A stretch of 63,499 nucleotides of DNA, filler included, from Reticulomyxa filosa (Eukaryota; Protista; Foraminifera), in NCBI GenBank assembly GCA_000512085.1. It is 17 parts of 17 records of this genome, joined end to end, with 100 filler letters (N's around TTAATTAATTAA, not from the genome) between each part and the next. Parts side by side here need not be neighbours in the genome. Positions count along the whole stretch, not along the records: positions 51,697 to 57,258 come from ASPP01026476.1; positions 57,359 to 61,943 come from ASPP01044077.1; positions 62,044 to 63,499 come from ASPP01000029.1; 14 more parts are not named here. The stretch is one strand, 5' to 3'. Both the position numbers and the translations under genes were made by a program. The notes under the pieces are model-generated. The model was given only the letters and a program-made list of their open reading frames with translations. It had not been told where the DNA came from and did not search any database. Of this stretch, positions 52,434 through 63,499 are shown piece by piece (position 1 is the stretch's first letter; each line of letters starts with the position of its first letter).

Positions 52434-55106
52434 GTTAAAAAAAAGAGAGACGAGTTTCTCTAGAGTTTTTGTTTTGTTGGACGTAGGGAGCTGAGAACAT
52501 GTTTGCACAGTACAAATACTACGTGCATATTTATACAATTTTTAAAAATTTAGATCTAATCATTTTAATAATCAAAGTGATAAAGAAGACAAGTGGAAAC
52601 AGCTCAAAACTATAAAATATAATGACACGTTTTAAAATCGTGAAAATTTCAAAACTGAATAAATGTAAATGAAAAGTTTTGAGAAATTATCAATTTCAAG
52701 TCAAGATTAATCTTTTGTGATATGCAGTAATATGAATGTCACTTAAAAATAACAAAAAAAAAATCATATCAAATCATTAAGACGAAACTCAAACTAGTGG
52801 CCAAGAGATTTTGAGATAAATGGGAGATATGACTCATCTCTCATACATGGACATGCTGAACATGTCTAAAATCTCAACACGTGGATTAATATTGTAACAG
52901 TAGAAGATGAACATGTACTGCAGTCCAGAAATAAAACACTTAATGTGGCCGCTCACCGATTCCAGCATCGAATAGCATATCAAAGCTTATTAACAAAAAA
53001 AATTAACAAAACACTTTACATATATTATATCATCTTTTTTTGTTTAATTTTTATTTTATAATTCTTATTAAAGTTTTCACGCATTAGGAAGGCAAATGGG
53101 GTAACAGCTAGACCACAGCAGGATGAAGAGAGCTATATACATCATATCATAGCAAGATTGTAGCACTCAAAATGATGATGCGCCTTTCACATTTTGATCT
53201 TATGTATATTGATTTCTTTTTTAGGTTTTTGTTAAATTAATTGTTTATTTTAATCTATTAAATTGGGTTTGCTATGGTAAGTGTAAGGTGGTGTGTTGAC
53301 ATATCTTGTTTGAAAAAATATACTAAATATCTAATGGAACGGAAAATACAGTATATTGCAAACAAAACTGTCATAACTAAATAATACATAATGAAGAGAA
53401 TGATTTTTTTCATCAAAAATGAACATTTAGCTCTAATTTTTTAAAATGTATCTACAATCTTATAGTTTTTAAATATAAATTTTTTTTATTTACTTAAAAG
53501 AATACCAAAATCAAAAGATCAAGATCTGGTAAGTGCAATATCATAATTTGAGCTTGCTTTGGTTCAAAAGGTGTTAGTCATGATCTCAAGATAAATAATG
53601 AAATCAATTATAAAATATATAAAGAATATTTTAAAATAATAAAACTCAAGACAAAAAAAAAATCCAACTTTACATCAAACAAATTTCAAATTTAATTTCA
53701 AAGAAAGTTCAAATACAATAGTTTGCAAAAAAATAGTACACCTAAAATGCTACGTTATTAAGATCTTTTTTTTATTTAAACTTTGTGATATAATGGATAA
53801 GATTCAACGTAAAGTTGTTAGTACACCGAAAGCCTTAAAAAGATTATTCAATGTCAAAAGTGAAATTAAAGTTTATTCGACAATAATTAGCACTTTGAAA
53901 TTGAAAATGTTATAGAAAGTCCAATTTTTGTGGATTTATTATCATAGTATATTTTTGCTTTAGTGCTAAATGAGTTGGACACGCTTGCAAAATTGAAAGA
54001 ATTTGTTAATTACACAATTTAAAGAAATATTATATGATTAAATGGTAAAAAGCATTCCACATTGCTTATACTAAAAATAGCACAAATTTATAGCAGTAAA
54101 TAAGTGGCTTGAACAAACAAAATGAACTTGATTTAGTTTAATACCAATTTGCTTATCTTCTGGCAATAATCAAAGTAAAACTTTACAAATGTGATCAAAT
54201 AAAGATATCACAATAACTATGGAAAAAATTTGAAAAAAAAAATTGAAAAAGTAGAAAAAGCATATTCAAAAGCTAATTAAATACATGTCAAAACAAATAC
54301 AAGCTATTATCGACACCAAAGGAAAGCCAACAACATTTATATATTTTTTTTAAAAATTAGTATTAATTGTTTGTTTTTCATTGAGAAAATTGATTCTCTT
54401 TATAGAGATACCACTTATGTATTGCCATCTACTGTATATTTACTGTTCATTCGGCATTTCGATATCGATGCCCGTGATCTCTTTTGTATTTTTTGAAATA
54501 ATTTTAAAATCAAAATAAATATGCAAATTAATTAATACAATTAGTAACAATTCATAAAATAATTTTCTTTTTTTGATTCAATAATAGATTGACATGTTTT
54601 TAAATATTCATTTTAACAACATGTACAGATCATATAAAATTTCACGCAAACCTTTTTTTTATACATTTTTAAAAAGGTCTAGCAAAAAAAACTTTGGCAA
54701 ATAACGCTTTATTACGCTTAAGTCTAGTATTTTTGGGATCACATCAGTACACTTTGAGCCGGTGATGAAGCAGTTGCTAAAAGAAAGTCAAATAAACAGA
54801 ATTTACTTTGTAAAATCATGTTTTTTGTCATACGGCGTGGTTAACTTATTCCGAGTTGCACGGAAGATGATAAATGTTTGCAAACGTTTTCAATATTGTT
54901 GTTTAATCTGAGTTAATCACAACAACATTCAAAAAAAAAGGACAGAATACTACGTCCCATTTGCTGGTGGGTTTAATTAAAAAACACTTGAAAAACAATA
55001 ATCCCATAACGCCAATTGATCAAGTCTAAATTTTGTAATAATGATAAAAATACTTAAAAATAAAAATAAAAAAAGAATTAAAATAGAATATCTATGAAAA
55101 GACGAA

Positions 55107-57091
55107 TCATACACAAAAGCCTCCATCAACGGGCAACAATGCTCCATTGATCATAGACGCTTCTTGTGACAATAAGAAGAGTGCAGCACTCGTGACTTCG
55201 TGTGGCTCCGCGAACCTATGCATGGGTGTTCGTTCGAGCAACGGCTCTCCTTGTTTGGAGTGGTATTGGTGCATGGACGCGGACGACGTTAAGACAGCAG
55301 TGGGATGGACGCTATTGACACGAATGTCGTAAGGTCCCAACTCTAAGGCCATGCATTTGGTGAGTCCATCCAAGGCGCATTTGCTGGTGCAAATGGTGGA
55401 GTATTCATCCAAGACGCGCAGAGAGGCGCTGGAGGAAATGTTGACAATGCTCCCTTTGATGCCATTGGCGACCCAATATTTGGCAATCCCTTGAGACAAC
55501 AAGAACACCGCATCGAAGTTGGTGGCATGCACATACCGCATGTCTTCAAACGAAATGTCCAAAAACTTGCCAATTTTGAACACGCCTGCGTTGTTCACGA
55601 GCATTTCTACTTTCGAAGCTATGCACTCTTCGATTACTTTGTCTAAGTCCGCTCGATCACTCAAGTCCGCACATAGCAATTCATAATGCGGGTTGCGAGT
55701 TACTATTTTTTCTTCTTCTTCTTCTTCTTGTTTTTTTTCCTCACTCGTTGCAGCATCTTTGTCTGCATTTTTTTTTTCCTCTTCTATTTTTTTATCACTC
55801 TCATGTTCTTTCTCTTCCTTATCATTTTTCTTTTCTTTTTCTCTTTCTTTTTCTTTTTCCTTTTCTGCTTGTTGCAGTTGATCGACTTCTTGCTCCAAAT
55901 TCTCAAAATCCTTTTCACTTCTTGACACTCCGATGACGTAGGCCCCTTCTCGAATCAATTCCAGAAACAAGTCCTGTCCGATCCCTTTGCCCACGCCAGT
56001 CACACACACCACTTTGTTTTCAAACCGACGTCGACCGTCGATTCGCTTGTGCACCAACTGAGACTCGTGGCGGGGCTGCCACACTCGAGACGCTCGTTGT
56101 CTTTTGCTTGCTTTCTTTCGGATATTTCTTTCGTACTGTCCTCCTCCACCTCCATCTCCTCCTCCTCTTCCTCCTCCTCCTCCTCTTCCTCCTTGTCGAT
56201 TTCGATTGCGACTTGCGTTTTCGCTGCTGCCTTGCTCTGGAGTGGTCGTCATCCCATTGCCCACCTTGGCATTAGCATTGGCATGAGCGTTCGTTTTGGC
56301 CTTGGCTTTCGCTTTGGCCTTTGCCTTCGTTCTCGTCTTTGCTTTCGCTTTCTTTTGCGCGCTTGCCACGTTATCTGAGGCTGTCGAACGCGGCTGTTGT
56401 TCTACATCATCTTGTCTCTGCTCGTACTCATGTTCGTATTCGCTTTCGTTTTTATGTTCTTGATCTTGATCTTGTCCTTGCTCTTGTGCTCCTCCTATAT
56501 CGTCACTTGCTTCTTTTCGTGCACTTCGTTTTTTCTTTTTTCGTCTTTTTTTGCTTTCCTCTATGTTCCCACCTTCTTCTATATCGCCTCTCTGATCCTG
56601 GCACAATCATTTGCACATTAAACAAAACCAACAGATCGCACATTTATTTTATTTTTTTATTTTTTTTTTGTTTTTGCAAGGGATGAAAAGAAATGCGAAA
56701 AAGTAGATTGTCTGTCCTTTTCTTTTTTTTTTTAAAAAAAAGTGCACAAGGGTCGGAAATGGAGAGGTATTATTCAAAAAAATGTGAAGATGAAAGATTG
56801 CCACTTAGCATCATCTAAAGAAAAAAAGTGCTTGAGACAGGAGGAAAGAGACTTGACAGTTATTTTATTGACTTGAGGTGGTTGTTGTGCAAGGTCACCA
56901 CGTTGGTTCCTCACTTTGGATGCATCAAAGAATGGCACTTGGCTAACAGGAAACCCTCTTGGCTTTTGTTCGCTCGATGGATCCCTTGAGCTTATTTGAT
57001 ACCTTGGTCTTTGGTAAGACCACGGACCCGTGTATTGATTGTCGTCGTCAAAATCGTACTGATAGTCACGATTTCGAGTATTTCGGGCCAT
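55107..57091 (-). CDS. Short-chain dehydrogenase/reductase (L-xylulose reductase DCXR-like) with a long disordered N-terminal extension, 2 exons
   Basis: Motifs TGVGKGIG, LVNNAG, GSIVNISS, LTKCMALELGP..IRVNSVHPT and LPVDGG. The phase-0 intron 56872-56598 joins the upstream exon MARNTRNRDY...QQPPQ. Confidence 0.9.
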
Positions 57092-57358
57092 GTTTTATCA
57101 AATTTATGTTCGCTTCAAACAATGATAATGCCAAGACTTTTTTGTTTCCAAGACTTACGCTTGTTTTGAAAAGGGCAGTGATCTGATCCGACTTTTGTGA
57201 TGCAGAGTAGTGTGCTTTGAAAGACATCGTATTACTTTCACCTTCCCGTTTTTTTTTTNNNNNNNNNNNNNNNNNNNNNNNNNNNNNNNNNNNNNNNNNN
57301 NNTTAATTAATTAANNNNNNNNNNNNNNNNNNNNNNNNNNNNNNNNNNNNNNNNNNNN

Positions 57359-60300
57359 ATTGAAGTAAATACGAGGATTATATCGCAACAAACCAAATGC
57401 CAGTAATTTCATTTTAATATCTTTCTTTTTTGTTTTTGTTTTCATATTTTCTTCCAATGCAATAATTGTAACACGTCTCCACATATCATCTGGTATTCCT
57501 GATAACGCTAAATCTACATTTTTATATTTCTCCGCAGAGGTATTTTTCAATCTTTGCAAAAGATCATTTATCAATAAACACAATTGCTTATCATTCAATT
57601 TTATTGCTATGATTTTAAATTTACTTGTGTATGAATCGCTAATGTACTCATCAGAATCGTCAAATCCTTCTCTCAAAAATTTGAATATGAAAGTCAGTTG
57701 TTGTTCGTTTAATCGTCCTAATATATCTCTAAGCATATGTTTACAGCAATATTGAACATTTTCATCTTTATTCTCGAGCCCATACTTTAAACATTTGAGT
57801 ACGCTATCCAGTTGCTGATCCTTCAAATTTGGTGCTATTATTCTAAGTATCTTTACAAATAAAATCTGCGTTTTGTAATCTTTATTCTTGAAATCTTCTT
57901 TTAAATAACAAAACAAATCATTCAATTGTGTTTCATTCAATTTAAATGCTATTATTTGAAACCCTTTTGCAAATAATTCGTAATCACCACCATTTTTAAT
58001 ATTGAGCCCGTCTATCAAAAATTTAAATGCATAGCTTACTTGTCGTTCACTCAATTTCAATGCGATTGTGTTGAATATTTTAACATATAAAAATCGAATC
58101 TCGCAAATTTTATTATTAAGTCCTTTATTTAAACAGCGAAGCAAACTATCCAATTGTACTTCATTCAATTTGGGTGCTATTATTTCAAGTCCATTCGCAC
58201 ATGATTTGCGAATGTCACGATTTTTATTATTGAATTCGCTCATCAAAAATTCTAATATGTTTTCCATTTGTTGTTCATTCAATTTTGATGATATTTTTTT
58301 GAGTGTCAATTTATATGAGCATCGAATATCGTCAGCATTACCCTTGAATCCCTTCTTTAAGCAGTAAATCAATCTATTCAATTGTTCTTCATTCAATTTC
58401 AATGCTATTATTTGAAGTCCATTCACACATGATTTGTGAATATCATCATTTTCATTATTGAGTTCGTCTATCAAACATTTAAATATGTTTTCCATTTGTT
58501 GTTCATTCAATTTTGATGATATTTTTTTGAGTATCCGTGTATATGAATATCGAATCTTGTCGACATTATCCTTGAACCCCTTCTTTAAGCAATGAGTCAA
58601 ACTATTCAATTGTGTTTCATCCAATTTCAATGCTATTATTCGAAGACCATTCACACACGATTTGCGAATGTTATCCTCTTCATTATTAAGTCCGTTTCTC
58701 AAAAATTCAAATGTGTCGTTCATTTGTAGTTTACTTGGTTTCGATAATATTGTTTTGAGTATTTTGTCATAAGAATAAAAAACCTTGCTATTATTTATCA
58801 TGATTTTTTTGTTTAAATAGTGAAATATATTATTTAATTGTCTTTCATTCAATTTAAATACTATTTCAATCCATTCTGCGTGTGTATCTTCCTCGAAATT
58901 ATCTATCAAAAATTGGGTTATGTCATTTATTTGTCGTTCATTCAACTTTATTGATATCATTCTGAGTAATCCAATACAAAAATCGAAATAACTAATAGAT
59001 TTTAAAAATTCAAGTATGTTGTCCAATTGTTGTTCATTCAATTCTGGTATTATTGTTTCGAATATTATTTTACAGGGATGAGAATTGAAATCTTTATATT
59101 TTTTTAAACAGTGGAGTATATTATTTACTTGTAATGCTATTTTTCGAAATATTTCTGTGTAATACCAATTTTCAACATTTAATCCATTTATCAAACAATG
59201 AAAATGATTGTCCAATTGTTTTCCATTTTTTAAACTTTTCAAGAGATTTACAACTGATTCCGCACATGTACGACAAGTGTCTTCATCATCACCTTTGAGT
59301 TCATCAATCCAACGAGTGATGATATTATCAAATTGCTTTTCTTTGCATTTCACTAAGAGGGTTTTAAATGTCTGGACAGATATCCTATTAATAAATTTAT
59401 TTACATCTCTTTCATTCAATTTCAGTAAAATTCTGTCGAGTGAATATGCACAATATTTTTGCACAAATGAATTTTCATTATCATCATTTATCACATTCAT
59501 CAAACATTCCAAATCCACATTCAATTGTTTTCTATTCAATTTTATTGCTATTCTTCCAAGAGATTCTGCACATGACATACGAACCAACATATCTTCTTTT
59601 TTATCATCCAATTTATCCTTCAATCCTTTCCAAGCTTCATTCAATTGTTTTTCGTTCAATTGTGATGATATCCTTCCAAGTGATTCTGCATATGAATATT
59701 GAGCATTTTTACTTGAATCATATTTGAATCCATTCATCAAATAATTGAAAACATCATTGTTCAATTGTTTCTATCCAATTGTAATTGCAATTGCAGTAAT
59801 AAAAATTTTTGAATTGCTTGTGCGTAGGAATAACGAGCACGTTTATTTTTGTATTTATATCCATTATTTATCAAATACATAAAAAGATTATCCAATTGTG
59901 TTTGATTCCATTTCATTGACATTGCTGTCAGCAAGGCAAAAGAAAATTTGTAAACATGTCGTTTCCGATGTTTCAAATTATTCATTAGATATTTGAAAGT
60001 GGTATCTAAGTGTGTTTTATTCAATTGAATTAAAAGTTTTGTACATAATTTTCTGTACAATCGATCTCTACTCTTATCCTTGTTGTCAATTAATTTTTTC
60101 ATTAAATGCTCGAATGCAATATTCAATTGTCTTTGATCCAATTTCATTAAGATTCCTTGAAGTAATTCTACACAATTCAGACAAATAATTTTCCGTTTAT
60201 CTTGCAATCCATCTGTTAAACATTGAAAAAGAATGAAAAGTTGTTTTTTATTCAATTTCCTTGAAATCTTTGCAAGTAATTTTGCATATGGCAAATGAAG

Positions 60301-61943
60301 ATTTTCGTTTCCAACATCTTTTTCCATTTTTGCATCATTAAGTATATCCATCAAATGCTCAAAAGTATCATTCAATTGTCTCTCGTTCATGTTACACAAT
60401 ATTTTTTCCCATTAATATGACACACTCTTGATGGACATATTCATTTCGATTATAGAATCCATCAAATAAAAATGCAATAATACTATCCATTTGTGTTTCA
60501 CTCGCTCTCAATGCCATAGTTTCAAAATTGTTTCTACATCTTCTACGAGTACATTTATCTTGGTGTTGAAAACCTTGCTGGCAACATTGCACTACAATTT
60601 TTAATATTTGAGGAGAGATATTCAATTGCACCAACTGCTTCATTAATCTAATTGCTCTTAATTCGCTGAATTGTGTTTGAAATAGCTTGAGTTGATCTAT
60701 GATATCTAGATGAACAAATTGCAAGTTGGAAAAATGTAATTTTATCATCTTATCAAATAGTAGATTTCGTCTATTATAATCTTCGTCATTATGAAAATTG
60801 AATAAAGCAATGAAAAATGATTTGAATGCGACAATAAGTGTCTTGTGACAAGTTTGAAGTGGAGATAGAATAAATGGACTATCTGTGTCTGCTTTACAAG
60901 CATCCAGACAACGCATATATAACATCATTTGATGAATGGAAGAAAGTTGACAAAGTGATGGAGAATGTAGTAATTTCCAAAAATATAATAAACCAGATCC
61001 ACCAGAATCTTTTTTATTTTCAATGTTGCTACATAATATCCCAGCCATAAATATTATCATCATAAAGTATTTGGGAGTGAGTTGTTGATTAATCAAAATA
61101 GAACATACTTCTTTATGGCCATTTGATTCAACAGGCTCATATAAACAATGAACTAAATGATAAGCAGCAAACCACTCTTGAAAAGTTAAATGAGGAAAAT
61201 AGACTGAATTAATTGGATGTGACGGATTCATAGATTCTTGTCCTTGTAAAAATCCAAATGAATGAATTTGAGGCCATTGAGATACAACTGCAATACATTT
61301 ACGTGGATATTTCATTTTAATCCAATGTAATATCTTTTCTTGTATTTCACAAGAAATTATAGCTTGTCCATGTTTCAATCCTTCCCAGGCAAGATGAGAT
61401 AAATAATCAATTTCCATTTTGAATATATCAAATATGGTTTGTTCATTTGGTATGTCTTTTGTCCCATTCCATTTTGTCCAATTCCATTTCATATAATATA
61501 TCAATAATCTCTCATACAATTTCGAAAGAGACATACCATTTAATTCATCAAATACTTTATCTTCGAGTTTATCTTCTTTCATTTCAATCATTTGTTGTCT
61601 TGAAAGATAACAGAACAAACGCAAATACAATGGAGTGTAACTTAATAATTTCAAACTTGGATTATTGTTCAATGTTTTTATCAATGCATCTGCTTGATTA
61701 TTATTATCATTATTTGTAATGTTTCGAAAATATGCATTGACATATGTTTGAATATCTTGTTCTTGAAACCCAATGACAGCGAGTCTTCTTAAATTATCAT
61801 CCAAATAAGAACATATCGCATTGGGACGACTTGTTATAATCACAGAATAATTTGTATTTTTGGTACAATGTTTCAACCACCCCTTCAAACCTGGTTTTGT
61901 ATTCAATTCATTTGCAATTTCATCAAATCCGTCCAATACTAAT
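57359..61943 (-). CDS. NACHT (STAND) NTPase followed by a long HEAT-like repeat array; truncated at both ends, two homopolymer frameshifts
   Basis: Walker B LDGFDE, sensor-1 VIITSRP, the GF...I..Y motif, TPLYL and winged-helix FPHLTFQEWFAA, followed by more than 20 repeats of about 38 aa (LNExQL..F..L..GL.D....IR.SC...L..I). Confidence 0.9.
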
Positions 61944-62329
61944 NNNNNNNNNNNNNNNNNNNNNNNNNNNNNNNNNNNNNNNNNNNNTTAATTAATTAAN
62001 NNNNNNNNNNNNNNNNNNNNNNNNNNNNNNNNNNNNNNNNNNNAAACATATTCTTTTACTGTGAAAAGCGTAGATTATTTTAGAATTTTGTAACAAATCA
62101 GCAATTTACATAGAATGCTTTATTTAAATGCGTTAAATAAATTTTTTACTTTGCTTTTAGTAAAGATTTTTTTTTCTTTTTCTTGGAAAAATGAAAAGTA
62201 TCTTTATTGTTATGAGTATTTTATCATTTTATTTTATTTTTGGCTTTTTTTTTAATTTGAAAAAAACAACTATTCATCATTGAGAATGATAATGGCCTTT
62301 CAAACAGATGCGAAGTCGTACTTTGTTTT

Positions 62330-63454
62330 GAACTACTACAGATGTTGGTCGCCGAGATTGATATGGATTTTGGACATTTACACTACTTTGACGTTATCTA
62401 CATAGACTCAAAACAATTATATGCATGTATAATGTCTTGCTTTGTTTTTTTTGCACGTACAATAAAAAAAGGTGCACCAAATAAGAAACAGAATTGGCGC
62501 AACAGCGCAAGTCTGCGAGTAGCCGATGTTGCCTGCGAAGTTGAAGCATTGAAACGGGATAATTTTTATCAAAAACTTTTTTTTTAATAAACTTTAATAT
62601 AATCCCCACAAAAAGTTCATATCTTTCCCCTTTTTTTTTGCGATAGCTCTTTTGCAAATCAAGCATACAGGATGGTGTATATGCTGCTGGTACAACGAAA
62701 TCGACAGTGGTATTTTGACTCGGACTTGTGTTAAGTAATATACCCGAAAGTAATATTAAGATCGTGGTCGGTGAATGGGTATATCGAGTCGCTGTTGCTA
62801 TGCAAGACCCACAAGCCAACGAGGTTGTCGGATGTGTTGAAATGGTTCCACTTTTTCGGATAGCACATTAATGAATTGGCAATTTCATGTTGTGAAGTGC
62901 TGGAAAACTTCGCAAGGCCAAGCACTTGTACCCAAATCGAGTGAGTAAGAACAACGTCAATTTAAATGAAAAAGAGCAATTTGTGCTCAAATATTTGGAC
63001 GCTTTGCAAAGAGTAGAATTGAGTAACAGGGACGATCACAGTCCAGATTGGAACTATCAAGATAATGAAGACATCCACCGTACCAAAATGGAAGAATTGA
63101 TAAGTCAATACTGTACCAGAGGTATTTTTGTTTTTTTTACTTTGTTTCTTGATTTGTACATACTCTTGTCTTTACGTATTTTCACAACAACAAAATAGCA
63201 CTAAATTAAAGTCCTTTTTGCAAGTTATGTATCGCCAGTTGGTGCAAGTGTACAATGTTGTGAAGCAGCAAATCATTCCATTGCATCAAATGATATTGTT
63301 GTCCCTTACAAAGTACCCGCAATCCATCGCATGCAATATGTATAGCGAACGCAAAGACCAAGATCCCGAAGCAGTTTACAGGAGGCAAAAGGCACATAGA
63401 AATTTTTTTGGGTCCAAGAATGGAAGGCCAATGATCAACGCATTGTGTTGTTAA
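62330..63454 (+). pseudogene. Decayed multi-exon coding region, family unidentified
   Basis: A protein-like frame (QDGVYAAGTTKSTVVF*LGLVLSNIPESNIKIVVGEWVYRVAVAMQDPQ..) is interrupted by several stops and continues into ORFs 62926 and 63128. Confidence 0.45.
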
Positions 63455-63499
63455 ATCAAATTCCAATTGCAAATTCGGTGAGTAAATACATTTTCTTTT

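Noticed and set aside
59755-60410. Programmed frameshifting, or three separate genes, in the NACHT-HEAT locus
   Set aside because: Both breaks fall in A-homopolymers (one extra A, one missing A), typical of sequencing error, and the repeat pattern continues across them.
51697-61943. OAS-like, SDR and NACHT genes as a physically linked defence cluster
   Set aside because: The NACHT gene is on a different contig (spacer at 57259). The OAS-like and SDR genes share a contig but lie 2.7 kb apart with no functional link evident.
15920-62043. Regularly recurring TTAATTAATTAA flanked by Ns, read as a biological repeat or CRISPR-like array
   Set aside because: These are identical 100-nt artificial contig spacers with stops in six frames. 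ORFs running into X residues are truncated artefacts.
1-63499. tRNA, rRNA, CRISPR arrays, prokaryotic promoters or terminators
   Set aside because: None were recognised by eye and the sequence is eukaryotic. A tRNAscan-SE or Infernal run would be needed to exclude small RNAs.

Overview
This is eukaryotic, very AT-rich, intron-containing genomic DNA, not a prokaryotic locus. It consists of 17 contig pieces joined by 16 identical artificial 100-nt spacers (N44-TTAATTAATTAA-N44), so adjacency across spacers has no biological meaning. The gene families (kelch-like propellers with a 'WxxxxxIKxGWIxxF' helix, WD40 proteins, NACHT-HEAT proteins, degenerate ART-like proteins), the Asn/Asp microsatellite-coded tracts and the many pseudogenes resemble the foraminiferan Reticulomyxa filosa or a relative. 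That assignment is inferred from memory, not searched. Recognisable genes are the UAP56/SUB2 helicase, a GT25-like glycosyltransferase, a probable NDUFB2 (complex I AGGG subunit), a CDF/TMEM163-like transporter fragment, a bromodomain fragment, a formin with a C-terminal PH domain, p47/Shp1 (SEP-UBX), a DCXR-like SDR, kelch and WD40 fragments, a PP1 pseudogene and decayed LINE remnants. The most interesting signals are: (1) immune-like components on separate contigs, namely an OAS/cGAS-fold nucleotidyltransferase lacking its catalytic aspartates, an NLR-like NACHT-HEAT receptor with recent repeat duplications and a degenerate ART-fold protein; (2) several intact ORFs encoding apparent pseudoenzymes; (3) a formin with a non-polyproline FH1; (4) a bacterial-type solute-binding-protein-like gene with introns; (5) introns with A-rich rather than pyrimidine-rich acceptors; and (6) a fold-back palindrome. 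All family calls come from motif recognition by eye.
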